From Planctomycetota bacterium (GTDB lineage Bacteria; Planctomycetota; SZUA-567; H5-PLA8): a DNA stretch of 64,000 nt. Position 1 is the first letter of the stretch, and every line of letters begins with the position of its first letter. Shown piece after piece: positions 35,481-47,700 of this stretch. Made by a program: the position numbers and the translations under genes. The DNA lies in NCBI GenBank assembly GCA_038227875.1, contig JBBRPR010000034.1:22478-86477 (forward strand), written 5' to 3'. The notes below the pieces were generated by a model. That model ran no database searches and had not been told where the DNA came from. It saw nothing but the letters and a program-made list of their open reading frames with translations.

Positions 35481-35587
35481 ACCATACCGCAAATTTGCGG
35501 TATGGTTAGTCGATTATGTCTATCGATCTAACCATGTAGTAAATTTACGACGTGGTTAAAAGCCAACATCAGGCAAATTTGCCTGAT
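35481..35587. repeat. Three tandem palindromes with scaffold A(A/C)CAT-N5-AAATTT-N5'-RT
   Basis: ACCAT ACCGC AAATTT GCGGT ATGGT (35481-35506); ACCAT GTAGT AAATTT ACGAC GTGGT (35531-35556); AACAT CAGGC AAATTT GCCTG AT (35565-35587). Confidence 0.9.
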
Positions 35588-35589
35588 CA

Positions 35590-37707
35590 TCAGTCCTTCT
35601 TCACGGACGACACAAACGCGAAGCGGTTCGCCAGCAGCGCTTCGGCGATCACCAGGATAAAGCCCGCGAGCATCAAGTACGGCGAGAGACTCACGCCGAA
35701 GCGAATTTTCCCCAGCAGACGGTTGAGTTCCTCGGAATTGTGGACGAGTTCCGCGCTCGGGACGAGCTTCGACGGCTCGGCGTACTCAAGAATACCTTCC
35801 TCCGGATCGACATTCACGGCAATGTCGCGCGTATCGAAGCGCCCGGCCTGGCTCCATTCGAACTCGCCGCTGCCGACCTCGTTGACGATACCGGCATCAT
35901 AGGTCGCGAAACCATTGGAGACCGACGAATCGACCTCGCGGACCGCGCCACCGTTCCAATGGTACTTCACTTTCGGTGGCGCGCCTTCGGCCGCCAGCCT
36001 CAGGCGCAGGGACTCGCCGACGCGTGCCGTCTGCGTCTCGGCGGGTGTGGTGAGGTAGACGACGAGGCTGTGCATCAACGGAAGGAAGCTGACTTTCAGC
36101 GGCAAGTTGGTGCTCTGCGTGTGCAGCGGCGCGGCGAACATCAGCACGCGGCCGAGACCATACGCGTGTTCGAGAATCGCCGGATCGCCGCCGCCAAACC
36201 GCGCCAGCACGCGTGTGCCCGCGCCGTTCAGCACTTCCAACTTCGCCGCGCGGTAGAAGGCCGCGGCGCTCAGGTCGAGTTGCACGTCGCCGCGCTTGAG
36301 CCGCGAAAAAATCGGATGGTACGGATCGATCTCTTTGATCGTCTCGGTATGCCCGCTGTCGCCTTCTTCGCCCAACGTCCCGACCATGCGCGCCGGCGCG
36401 AGCGGCCAGAAGCCCGGCGTCTCCGCCGCGAGCTTCGTGTTGAACTCCGCGGCACTATCCGGACCGACGCCGGCAATCACGAGGCTTCCGCCCGCGGCGA
36501 CGAATGCACGCAGGCTCTTCAACGCCGGCTCATTAGTCGGGACGCTTTCGGCGAGAATCACGGCGGCGTAGTCGTCGAGATTTTCCGCGGCGAGTTTCGC
36601 GGGTTCGCAGAGCGTCAGGCTGACGCCGGTGCTCGCCGGGCCGCCTGGATTGAGCGCCTTCTCGATGTAGAAGCTCGGCGAGACGCCCGATTGCATCAGC
36701 GGCCGGCAGATCAGCACGCCGAGCTTGGCGCGCACGCGCACGGAGAGCAACCGCTTGTTGTCGACGGCCAGCGCGTCCTTTTCGATCTCGGCGGTAAGCA
36801 GACGCCAGCCGGGCTTCTCGAAGTTGACGTCGACGGCCAGCGTGGTCGCCGATTTCGGCGGCAGCGCGACGAGTTGCTCCGCGGCCGTCTGCCCGTCGAT
36901 GCGCAGGGTGAGATTGGTGCTGACTGGCGTCGAGCCGCGATTGGCCGCGTTGATGCGCACGCGAAATGGCGCGGTCGTGGTCGCGAAGGGCGAAATCTGT
37001 TCCAGCGCCGTCACCGCCCCATTTTCGCGCCGCGACGGCGGGACCGGCACGAGCACCGTAGTGAGATTGCGCCCGGTGAACTCGACGCCTTTCAGTTCGG
37101 AGGCGCGCTGCTGAAAATCGGAAATGACGTACAGCTCCCGCTGCACGGCCTCGGTTTCGTCGAGCAGTTTCAGCGCCGCCTTGATCTGCGGCCCGAGTGC
37201 CTGGGCACTGAGCGCCGGTTCGGAGGCGACGAGTTTGCGAGCCAGTTCCTCCGGATCGCGGACCATGATCGGCTCGCTGTGCGACGTCAGCACGCAAACC
37301 GCATCGCCGGCGGTCATGGTCTTCAGAATTTCTCCGGCCAGCGACTTGGCGCGTGAAAAGAGGCTGCCTTCGCCGTCGACCAGCGCCATCGAATAGGAAT
37401 CGTCGAGCACGATCACCGCCGCCACGCCGCTGGATTTCCCCGGCCCGCCGCCGGAACCGCTGCCCGGCGGCTTCCAGGCCGGACCGGCGAGCGCCATGAT
37501 CAACAGCAACAAAGTCAGGCATCGCAGCAACAGCAGTAGTATTTCCTGGAGCTTCTGGCGGCGCGCGACCTTGCGGTCCACTTCGCGCAGGAAGCGGATC
37601 GTCGGGAAGTCGACCTGCCGCGCCTTGATCTTGTAGACCAGGTGGATGACGACCGGGACGGCGATGGCGCTTAACCCCAACAGAAAAAAGGGGTGAACAA
37701 ACTGCAT
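35590..37707 (-). CDS. BatA-domain / vWA / Ig-like / class I GATase-like membrane protein
   Basis: MQFVHPFFLLGL...PVVIHL...FPTIRFL...LLLLRCL...ALAGP (BatA); VLDDSYSM (MIDAS); YVISDFQ; DALAVDN; C-terminal TM. ATG 37707 overlaps the upstream TGA. Confidence 0.92.
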   Translation of the reverse strand: MQFVHPFFLLGLSAIAVPVVIHLVYKIKARQVDFPTIRFLREVDRKVARRQKLQEILLLLLRCLTLLLLIMALAGPAWKPPGSGSGGGPGKSSGVAAVIVLDDSYSMALVDGEGSLFSRAKSLAGEILKTMTAGDAVCVLTSHSEPIMVRDPEELARKLVASEPALSAQALGPQIKAALKLLDETEAVQRELYVISDFQQRASELKGVEFTGRNLTTVLVPVPPSRRENGAVTALEQISPFATTTAPFRVRINAANRGSTPVSTNLTLRIDGQTAAEQLVALPPKSATTLAVDVNFEKPGWRLLTAEIEKDALAVDNKRLLSVRVRAKLGVLICRPLMQSGVSPSFYIEKALNPGGPASTGVSLTLCEPAKLAAENLDDYAAVILAESVPTNEPALKSLRAFVAAGGSLVIAGVGPDSAAEFNTKLAAETPGFWPLAPARMVGTLGEEGDSGHTETIKEIDPYHPIFSRLKRGDVQLDLSAAAFYRAAKLEVLNGAGTRVLARFGGGDPAILEHAYGLGRVLMFAAPLHTQSTNLPLKVSFLPLMHSLVVYLTTPAETQTARVGESLRLRLAAEGAPPKVKYHWNGGAVREVDSSVSNGFATYDAGIVNEVGSGEFEWSQAGRFDTRDIAVNVDPEEGILEYAEPSKLVPSAELVHNSEELNRLLGKIRFGVSLSPYLMLAGFILVIAEALLANRFAFVSSVKKD

Positions 37708-38597
37708 CAGCCCACCCTCTGCCGCTTGTGAAGGTAGTGGGCCAGCACCTTGTCGAACGGCGTCGAGGTGTCGATGAGCTGGTAGTCGATATCCATGTTT
37801 GAACACTGCTTGCGCAAATCGTCGCTGAAGCCGCCGACGGCTGCCATATACGCCGCGCGTAGCGACGCCGGCATGACTTGCACGCGTTCGTTGGTCTCCA
37901 TGTCGCGAAATTCGGAGAGCATCGCGTACGGGAATTTCAATTCATTGTGATCAAGAATGTGAAAGGCGATCACTTCACTCTTCTTGAAACGAAGATGGCG
38001 CAGGCCCGCGACGATCTTCTCCTTGTCGTCATAAAAATCGGAGATCACGATGAACAAGCCGCGCCGCTTCACGGTCTCAGCCAGATAATGGAGCGCGGCA
38101 TTGATGCTGGTGGTCTGCTGCGGTTCGGCGTCCATCACCGTCGTGACGATTTCGCGCAGGTGGCGCATCGATGATTTGGGCGGGACGTACTTCAGCACCT
38201 TGTCGGCGAAGAGGATGATGCCCGTCGGATCCTGCTGCAAAATCGCGAGGTAACTGATCGCCGACGCAATGGCCGAGGCGTAGCGGAATTTGCTCACCGG
38301 GTCGCCGAACTTCATCGACGCGGAACAGTCGAGCAAGATGTGGACCTGCATGTTCGTTTCGGAATGGTACTTCTTGATGTACTTGCGGTCGGACCGCGCC
38401 AGCGCCTTCCAATCGAAGTAGCGCAGGTCATCGCCGGCGACGTAGGGGCGGTACTCCGCGAATTCCACGCTGAAGCCGTGGAACGGGGAGCGGTGCAGAC
38501 CCGAGATGAAGCCCTCGACGATCCACCGCGCGATCAGATTCATGTTCGAGAACCGCGCCAGAGCTTCCGGCGGCAGTAATTCACTGATGGCGCGCAT
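37707..38597 (-). CDS. DUF58 domain (vWA-like) protein
   Basis: GLHRSPFHGFSVEFAEYRPYVAGDDLRYFDWK, LLDCSASM, VISDF. Confidence 0.95.
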   Translation of the reverse strand: MRAISELLPPEALARFSNMNLIARWIVEGFISGLHRSPFHGFSVEFAEYRPYVAGDDLRYFDWKALARSDRKYIKKYHSETNMQVHILLDCSASMKFGDPVSKFRYASAIASAISYLAILQQDPTGIILFADKVLKYVPPKSSMRHLREIVTTVMDAEPQQTTSINAALHYLAETVKRRGLFIVISDFYDDKEKIVAGLRHLRFKKSEVIAFHILDHNELKFPYAMLSEFRDMETNERVQVMPASLRAAYMAAVGGFSDDLRKQCSNMDIDYQLIDTSTPFDKVLAHYLHKRQRVG

Positions 38598-38650
38598 GGA
38601 TCTTTCCCCGATTCAATTCCCGCTACTCCAATGGACCGCGACACGCACTC

Positions 38651-40018
<1,368 letters not shown>

Positions 40019-40062
40019 CGATGGCTCTTTCGCTCCCTATTAGTAGTGAACCGTTCAGTGGA

Positions 40063-41592
40063 TCAGTGGGTGATTGTGTACATGATGATGTTGGTACCGA
40101 GTTTCAGTGCGTCGTCGGGCATGATCGCGAACGTGTACGGCCGCTCCTGCTGCTCCCAGCCGCAGCCGAGATCGAAGCGCGAGTAGATCACGCGCATGTC
40201 GTCGCCGACTTGAAGGCCTTCGAGGTACGGCGCATTCATGTCCTTGAACGATGCGCGGACCTGCGTTGAGTAGGCGACCTTATCGATCTTGTAGAAGGAC
40301 GAGTAGACGGGGTGGTCGAGTGGCAGCTCTTTCAAATCGCTGGTCGGCACAACGCGCTTCATTTCCCGGCGGAAGGCTTTGTCGAAGCCGAGATTCCCGC
40401 AGCACGAATCGGCCAGCAGCATGCCGCCGTGTTCAAGGAATTTCTTGAGGCCCGCGACCTCGTCGACGGTCAGCGAAAAATCCTCATGTCCGGTCAGGTA
40501 GAGGAACGGGTAGTTCATCAGCGCCGGATCGGTCAGCAGTACTTCCTTGCGGCCGAAGTTCACTTTCGTATTCGTGGTTTCGATCGTGTTCTTCAGCAGC
40601 GCGGTAAACGCCGACGGCGCGGGATCCCACAGCCCGTTGGTCTTGACTTGCGCGAAGACGAAGTCGCCTTTCAGCGAATCGTCCTTGGTGTCGAAGGCAT
40701 GGCGCTGGGCCAGGTAGCGGCCGAGGTTGTAATACGCGATCGTGTACGCGGTGAGGTTGATGCCGAGATTCATCGCATCTTCGCCGACGATGCAGCGCCC
40801 GCCTTCCGGCACATGGTAGCTGTCCCACGCGCAGGAAAGATCGTACGGGAAGAGGAAGACGGCGGTGCGGCAGCCGACATTGGCACCTTCGAGCGTCGGC
40901 AGACCGTCGAGACGGTGCGCGGCGGGCGAGTACTTCACATGATCGATTTCAAACGAGCTGCGGAAGACCGGATGATCCGGCGCGAGCAACTGGAGCGGAT
41001 GGTCCGGGAGGATCGCTTTCATTTCCGTGCGGATGGAATTGGCGAAGTCTTCCGAACCATGGCAGGAGTCGCACCAGATGAAGCCACCGCGCAGCACGAA
41101 CTCGCGGAGCTTCTTGCGCTCTTCGTCGTTGAAGCTCAAGCCGCGCCGGCCTTGAATGTAAATCACCGGAACTTCCGCCGGATCCCACGAAAAATTCTTC
41201 GGGTCGATGTTGACGTTGCGGTAGCGGACGTTGAGCTTCGCGTTGGCGAATTTCATCAGGCGGTTGAGGTCGGCGGGATCGGTGTTCCAATCGTACCAGC
41301 CCATCTTCTGGCCGTCGGGCATCACCTTCGAGTAGTACCCACCCCACATCAGCTTGCCGATCAGCGTCGGCGCCGCCGGTTCGCGTTTGCGTTCGGTGCG
41401 GCGCAGCGGCGTGGCGGGCAGCGGCAGCGGCGGCACACCTTCGCCACCTTTAATGCGCTGGGGCTTGGCTTCGGGCAGCAGGCCGCAGGGGCCGTCGTCG
41501 TTGCCTCCAAGATCGGCCGCGAGCGCGCAGCCGGACGCGAGCAACAACGCCACCGCGAACAAGGCCCTGCATGGAGCGGAGATCGTTTTCAT
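40063..41592 (-). CDS. Secreted protein with two tandem DUF4159 domains
   Basis: Signal peptide; two copies of P(V/F)(I/L)Y.xG...L(R/K)xFxxxGG.(I/L)xxDSC.G...F...E(M)K...L..DHP(V)...DL.C.W...A..LG.N. Confidence 0.88.
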   Translation of the reverse strand: MKTISAPCRALFAVALLLASGCALAADLGGNDDGPCGLLPEAKPQRIKGGEGVPPLPLPATPLRRTERKREPAAPTLIGKLMWGGYYSKVMPDGQKMGWYDWNTDPADLNRLMKFANAKLNVRYRNVNIDPKNFSWDPAEVPVIYIQGRRGLSFNDEERKKLREFVLRGGFIWCDSCHGSEDFANSIRTEMKAILPDHPLQLLAPDHPVFRSSFEIDHVKYSPAAHRLDGLPTLEGANVGCRTAVFLFPYDLSCAWDSYHVPEGGRCIVGEDAMNLGINLTAYTIAYYNLGRYLAQRHAFDTKDDSLKGDFVFAQVKTNGLWDPAPSAFTALLKNTIETTNTKVNFGRKEVLLTDPALMNYPFLYLTGHEDFSLTVDEVAGLKKFLEHGGMLLADSCCGNLGFDKAFRREMKRVVPTSDLKELPLDHPVYSSFYKIDKVAYSTQVRASFKDMNAPYLEGLQVGDDMRVIYSRFDLGCGWEQQERPYTFAIMPDDALKLGTNIIMYTITH

Positions 41593-43622
41593 TTCAGCTT
41601 CTCCTTCGCCTTCGCCGCCAGATTGGACGTGCCGTGTTCATCGACCAACTTTTTGAAACACTCCACGGCCTTGTCGTGCTGCTTCAATTCGTCGAACGCC
41701 TGGCCCTTCCAGAATAGCGCTTCCGCGGCAAATGGCGCGTACTTGTCGGCGGCCATACCACGGTCGAGCTCCCGGATCGCCATGTCGTACTGTTTTTGCG
41801 CCAGATGCACGCGGCCGCGCAAGTGGCGCGTCACACCGGTCAATTGGATCGTCGGCTTCTCCCACTCCCACGATTCAATTTCCTTCATCGCCGCATCGAA
41901 ATCGTTCTGGCGCATGAATTCTTCGAAATTCAATTCGTGCGAACCGTTGACGAATTCAAAATCGCCGACGCGCTTCTTCCACATTTCAGAGCGTTCGGTG
42001 TCTTCCAGAATTTTGCGCGCGGCTTTCACGTCGCCGCGGACAAGCGCCAGTTCTCCCATGCGGATGTACGCGAGACGGACGTAGTCGGAGTTCTCTGCCT
42101 TGAACGTTTTCATCACCGTTTTGTAGACCGTTTCGGCGGCATCGATCTTGTTCTGGTAATCGTAGAGCACCTCGGCCTTCAGCACCATCCATTGCGCGGC
42201 GAGTTGCGGCGGCACGTCCTTGGCGCCGGAGATCGCGTCGCAGACGGCGATGGCATCGTCGAAGCGGCCGCTGTCGCGGTACATTTCGTAGAGGCGGATG
42301 ATCCAGCGGGCCTGCTCGCCATCGCGCGGGATCAGCCCTTTGTCAACCGCGGCGCGGAAACCGCGGATCGCGCCGTCGAAGCGCTGCGCTTCGTGGCAGA
42401 TCTGACCCATTTCCATCAACGCGTTGACGGAGAGCTGCTTGGTTTCGTAATTCTTGACCATGTCTGCGTAGGTAGAGATGCGTTTTTCGTACGGACGCCC
42501 GAGCTGGCCGCGCTCGGGCTGGATCAGCGCTTTCTGTTCGATCTTCTTGCCGTCGGCGTCGAGAGAGACGGTATAGAGGCCGGGTTCCAGATAGATGTGG
42601 AGCGGCGCGATGTCGCTGCTGGTGTTGCCGTCGCCAAAGTCCCACTTGCAGGCTTTCGGCGCCGTCATCGATTCGAATTTCACGGCGGTGACGCGGCGGC
42701 CTTCCATCGCCAGATCGTCGTCGTAGACCCATTGGAAATCGGCCTCCGAACCGGAGACGCTTTCCACTGCGCCGATTTTGGTGACGAGCGTGCCGACGAA
42801 GGAATCCTGATTCATGTGGATGATCGTTGGGTCACCCGGGCGCTGCCAGCCGACCGTGCATGCGCCCCACCCGCGGAAAGCCGTAACGAATTGAAAGCGG
42901 TGCACCCCCGCGCGGAGTTCGAGCTTGCCCTGATGCGTCGCGTGCTCACCGCCGCCGGGCCCGTGCCAGCCAGGCCATTCAGCGACGGGTTTGTCGTTGA
43001 TGAAAACGAACGAGGCGTCGACGGAGTTCGTGGCGAACGTGTATGTGCCGTCGGCGGGCGCGCGGATGTACCCGATGAAATTGCAGATCGCGTGGTCCAT
43101 CGGCCCAAGTGGATTGAACGACATCGTCGGCGACGGCGACCACCAACGGCCGGTGACCTTGGGGCTTTTCAGCATCACCTGCTGCGTCTGCGCCCAATTG
43201 TCGACGGGCGCTTCGACGAACTCACGAGATTCGAGCGTCAGGCCTGCTTCGATCGGCTTGCTGGGCGCGGCTTTCGCGTTGGTGTTGCCGAAATAGAGCT
43301 GGTAGTGCCCATGCTTGGGCGCGTCGAACAAAATGCAGGCGCGATCTTCCAGTCCGACAGAGATGATGCGAATTGCTACTTCCTTGCCTTCGCCATCGAT
43401 CACGCGGATGTCGCTACCGTCGGGATTGACTTTGCCCAGCGTCGGAAATTCCACCATCGCCACGGTGGTGGGCCCGGAGCCGCGGATCGTGTCGATGACG
43501 GTGATGTGCCGGCGGTAACGCCACGCGGCATCCCACCACGTCGCATCGGAGGCCGCAACGCTGGCGCTCAACGCACACGACGCGAGCAACGCCGCTACTA
43601 AGATGTGCGATTTACTCCACAT
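41589..43622 (-). CDS. Secreted DUF2341-like / PA14 / PKD / TPR protein
   Basis: WWDAAWRYRRHITV...DGSDIRV...YFGN; GYIRAPADGTYTFATNSVDAS (PA14-like); WDFGDG...HIY (PKD); C-terminal TPRs. Start ATG 43622 (track 43646). Confidence 0.85.
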   Translation of the reverse strand: MWSKSHILVAALLASCALSASVAASDATWWDAAWRYRRHITVIDTIRGSGPTTVAMVEFPTLGKVNPDGSDIRVIDGEGKEVAIRIISVGLEDRACILFDAPKHGHYQLYFGNTNAKAAPSKPIEAGLTLESREFVEAPVDNWAQTQQVMLKSPKVTGRWWSPSPTMSFNPLGPMDHAICNFIGYIRAPADGTYTFATNSVDASFVFINDKPVAEWPGWHGPGGGEHATHQGKLELRAGVHRFQFVTAFRGWGACTVGWQRPGDPTIIHMNQDSFVGTLVTKIGAVESVSGSEADFQWVYDDDLAMEGRRVTAVKFESMTAPKACKWDFGDGNTSSDIAPLHIYLEPGLYTVSLDADGKKIEQKALIQPERGQLGRPYEKRISTYADMVKNYETKQLSVNALMEMGQICHEAQRFDGAIRGFRAAVDKGLIPRDGEQARWIIRLYEMYRDSGRFDDAIAVCDAISGAKDVPPQLAAQWMVLKAEVLYDYQNKIDAAETVYKTVMKTFKAENSDYVRLAYIRMGELALVRGDVKAARKILEDTERSEMWKKRVGDFEFVNGSHELNFEEFMRQNDFDAAMKEIESWEWEKPTIQLTGVTRHLRGRVHLAQKQYDMAIRELDRGMAADKYAPFAAEALFWKGQAFDELKQHDKAVECFKKLVDEHGTSNLAAKAKEKLK

Positions 43623-44628
43623 CGTCGCCGCCGCCTTCCTTGCCATCGGGACCGAACGATTTCAGCGTGTACTTTTCCTTGGTCGCTTCGTAGTGAATTG
43701 CGTTGCCCCACGGATCGTCGCTCAGGTCCATCACGTACGGTCCCGCCCAAGCGTTGTTGCCAGGATTCTTCAACAGCGCCTGGAGCGAATCCGGAAAGGT
43801 GCCCATATCGGCCTTGTAGCGGTCGATGGCACTGCGCAGGTATTTCAAAATCGCTTTCGCTTCGCCGGTCTTTTCGTTCTTCTCTTTGGACTCGTCGTGC
43901 TCGTCGCGCTGCTTGTGCGTGGCCCAGCGCTTGGGCGCTTCCGGGTCGAGGCCCGATTCGACGACCTTGATGTTGTCGAACCAGTAATTCTGCGGCGGCC
44001 AGTATCCGTAGAGCATCACGCGCATCCACTTCACATCGCTGCGATCGTGCGTGGGGCAGAAGGTGATCTTGCTCTCCTTCCACTTCTTCCCGCCATCGCA
44101 ATCGACAAAGACTTTGAACGAATTGCGCTTTAACATCACTTTCTTGACGGTGCCGTGGTCGTCGATCTCCTGCGGCATTTCGGTGTAGCCTTTCATGAAG
44201 ATCTTCGGCGCGCCGCCTTCCGAGCGGACGTCGGCCGTGAGCGTGTAGGTCATGCCCGGCTTCACGTCGATCCAGTCAGAATACAAGCTGACGCCATCGT
44301 TGCCGCCGACGGTGTCGTAACCTTCGCCTTTGATCTCGCGCGGCTTTTTCGGCGGCGGCGGATTGTCCTGCTTCATTTCCTTCTGGCGCTGATGAAATTC
44401 CTCGTTGTCGATGCGCGTGTACATGCGAATGCATTTGGTGCCGCGCTGTTCGTCCTTTTCATAGAACGAGGTGAGGCCATCGACGCGATCCCAAAACTTC
44501 GGCTGCGCATCGCCCTCTTCAAACCCAGGATTCTTGACAAGATTCACTTCCTCAGCGGCAATGAGATTCCCCGCCACGCAAGCCGCGCAGAGAAACAAAA
44601 TCCAGACACCTTGCGCGCTACCTTTCAT
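43612..44628 (-). CDS. Secreted carbohydrate-binding (CBM_4_9-like) domain fused to a T2SS pseudopilin GspG core domain
   Basis: NLVKNPGFEEG...VKPGMTYTLTADVR...WFDNIKV; C-terminal AIDRYKADMGTFPDSLQALL...WAGPY...DPWGNAIHY...SFGPDGKEGGGDD; Sec signal rather than a prepilin G/F motif. Confidence 0.85.
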   Translation of the reverse strand: MKGSAQGVWILFLCAACVAGNLIAAEEVNLVKNPGFEEGDAQPKFWDRVDGLTSFYEKDEQRGTKCIRMYTRIDNEEFHQRQKEMKQDNPPPPKKPREIKGEGYDTVGGNDGVSLYSDWIDVKPGMTYTLTADVRSEGGAPKIFMKGYTEMPQEIDDHGTVKKVMLKRNSFKVFVDCDGGKKWKESKITFCPTHDRSDVKWMRVMLYGYWPPQNYWFDNIKVVESGLDPEAPKRWATHKQRDEHDESKEKNEKTGEAKAILKYLRSAIDRYKADMGTFPDSLQALLKNPGNNAWAGPYVMDLSDDPWGNAIHYEATKEKYTLKSFGPDGKEGGGDDVE

Positions 44629-44711
44629 CCCAAACTCCCATGCCGTTCATTGCGTCTTAGCGGCGACTCGACTGAGCTCGCCGAAGTCTCTGCGTGAGAT
44701 ATGAAACCGTC

Positions 44712-47700
44712 TCAATCGGAAAGCGCCTTGTAGTACGCCTTGACCCAGTCCTTGAACTCCGGCGGAATTTCCTCGTCGCTGCTGTTCTGGAAACCGGTGC
44801 GCTTCTCCGTGGGAGCATGGACCGAGTCGCGGAGCACATCGATCTGACTGTCGGTCGATTTCTTGACCGACGAGAGATTGGTGGTGACGGCTTTCATCTC
44901 ACTGGTGTAATTCGCGCCCTGATGGTTGCGCAGCTTGTCTTCGACGAGTTTCATGCGATCGATCGCGGCCGCGAGGTCCTGTGAAACGTAACCGCGTTTT
45001 TCGAGCGCGACCTTGGCTTTCTCGGCGGTGTTGCGGATTTCCGCCTGGTTGTCGGCCATGCGATCCATCTTCTGCATCGTGGGCGGAGGCGGCACGCCGC
45101 GCAGACCTTCCTTATTAGCGCCGCTGATCTTGCCACCGCCAGTTGAACCGCCCGATGGATCCTTGGACGTGTCTTTGACCTGTCCCTTTTCATACGGATC
45201 GGGCGTGGCGCGCGAAGGCGTCTGCTTGCCGCCTTTACCTTCAGCGGTGTCCCCGACGAACTGGCCGCTGCTCTTGCCGCTGCGGCCTTCGCCCGAACGG
45301 CCGGCGATTTCGTTGCTGTTGGGCTGCAGATTTCCGGTGATGCCCTTGGCGCTCATGTCCGCGATCGGACCGTCGGCGACGCCCCAGCCCACGCCTTTGT
45401 CCATGCTGTCGAGCCACGAGCTGGTGACGTCCTGCGATTCTTCGGCGAGCTTGTCTTCCTTGTCGATCAGATCGCCCATGATGTCTTCCATTTCGGCGGG
45501 CAGATCGGCCATCGGCACGTCGACGTCCTTGGTGTTCTCTTCCATATTCCACTTCTGATTGTCCGGCGCGGTTGCCAGCCAGCGCTCGATGTTCGAGGTG
45601 ATTTCCTTGGCCAGTTCGAGCCCGGACTCTTCAGCGGGGATCGCCATTTCGACGGACTTCTGATTGAGCGCGCTGGCGGCCATCTGCATTTCGCTGAACG
45701 CTTTGTTGAGCTCCTTGCCCAGCGCGCCGTTGGAAAAATCCTGCGGCGGAACTTTAGAGAGGTCGGTGACTTTCTCCTGCATGAACTTGCCCCACTGCTC
45801 TTCGGTCTGGCGGAGCGTGTCGAGTTTTTTCTTGGCGTCGTCGCTGAAATCTTCGCCGGCTTTCAGCTTTAGATCCATCGTGTCTTGAATGACCTTCTTC
45901 TGCGCGTCGGTGAATTCCTTCAGGCCGGCGAGCAGATCCTTGGCGACCTGGCGCGGCGTTTTCTCGCCCGCGTCGGTGAGCACTTTCTCCATGTCGCCGC
46001 TCTTCAGAGCCGGGATGATGCCTTCGAGTTCGGTGACGATGGCTTCGAGTTCCTTTACGACAATGCCTTGAGTTTCCGCGGCCGCTTTGCGGTCGGACTT
46101 GAGTAACGAGAGCGACTTCGCGACCGGTCCGCGGATCGCGTTTTCAAGCCGCGCGCGTACACCGAGATGGCGGGTTTCCGGATTGACCCAGCTGGCGAGC
46201 ACTTCGTTGAGCAGCGTGTTGATGCCGGTCTGTTCGCCGATCAGGCTTTCGGTTTTGGCTTTGCCTTCGGTGTTCTGGGTGCGCACATTCTTCTGCCACG
46301 CAATGGCCTGACGCAAACGCGCGGCGATGGCGGTGAGCTCCTTGAGCACGTCCGCCTTGGCCTGCGCGTCGTCGATGACTCGAATGGTGATCTGGGGCGA
46401 AGCGGTTTCGCTGCCCTTCATGTCGCGCGCGACGGCGAAGATGCGGATGGATTCGCCGGTTTTCGCTTTCAGATCGGCTGCGGTGAGTTGCTTGGAGGCG
46501 CGCAGGTCCTTACCTTTCGCCGGGAAATCACTCAGGGTAAAGGCGTCCTTCTCCTCCTTACCAGCGGGTATCGCCTTGAGCGACACGGTCGCCAATGCAA
46601 AATCGTCTTCGGCGTGAACGAGTGTGGCGAGCGTGGCGGACGGATGGAGCGTGGTGTCCTTGGCCGGTTCCATGATGCGGATGCGCGGCGGAAGGTCTTT
46701 GAGCGCGGTGAGCGTGTAGTCGGAGCTCTTGCCAGTGATCTTGTCGGCGTCGGTCCATTCAAAATGGAACGTGCCTGACTTGGTAACGCTGAATTTCCAT
46801 TCCAGATTCGAGCCGGACTGCTGCGGCTTATCGATGCTTTCGGAGACGAGTTTCACCGACGCGAGTGCTTTACTGGTCTTGAGGCTCAGTGAAATTTTGG
46901 TTTCTTCCAGCGCGGAGATGTTGCCGTTGGACGGATCGTCGGTGCGCACCGGCATCTTCAGGTATTCTGGATAGGTGTACGCGACGACGATTTTCTCGAT
47001 CTTCGTCTTCGGCAGCACGGTGACGTGGAACGTTTCGCTCTCTGCGTCGCCGGCGTGGACGGTGTATTCGAACGACGTATCGACGCTCTTGAATTCCTGC
47101 TCGAACGCGCCGCCGAGAAAACGCATGTCGTAGCCGGCCTGCCCGCACTGCAGATGAACGCCGGGCGGAATTTCGCCCCCGACGTCGGCCTTGATCGTGA
47201 CGCTGGTCCCTTCCGGAACGGTGATGCTGCCCGGCGAGACACGTAGTGACGTTTTCGTGATCGGCGCCGTGTAGACTGTGGGCATGGCGTAACGTTTCAG
47301 CGCGTTGGTGAAGTAATCCGGTAGCGCGACGGCGTATCCGGCGAAGAGGACCAGCGCGATGCCGGCGATCATCGCCAGGGGCTTGAGTGCTTTCAACGGC
47401 AAGACGCGGCGCAGGTCGAGTGCTTCGACAATGCGTCCGGCTTCGGCCTGGATCATGGTCAGCACCAGTTGCGGCGTCCGCGGGTCGCGGGCGAGGCGTG
47501 CGGAATTGATGAGTCGATTGTCCATCTCGGGAAACGCGCGCTCAATCAGAATCGCCGCCTCTTCGCTCGAGACAGGTTTCATCAGCGGAAGAATCATGTT
47601 GCGGATCGCGAGCGCAATTACGACGGCGACGAGGCCCAAACCCAGGATGCTGCGGACCACAGCGTTGAGATGGAGCAGGTTGTCGAGCGCGAACAACGCC

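Noticed and set aside
35481..35587. CRISPR array or integron attC interpretation
   Set aside because: Units are not identical, spacing is irregular (50 and 34 bp), there are no cas or intI genes, and no convincing attC box arrangement.
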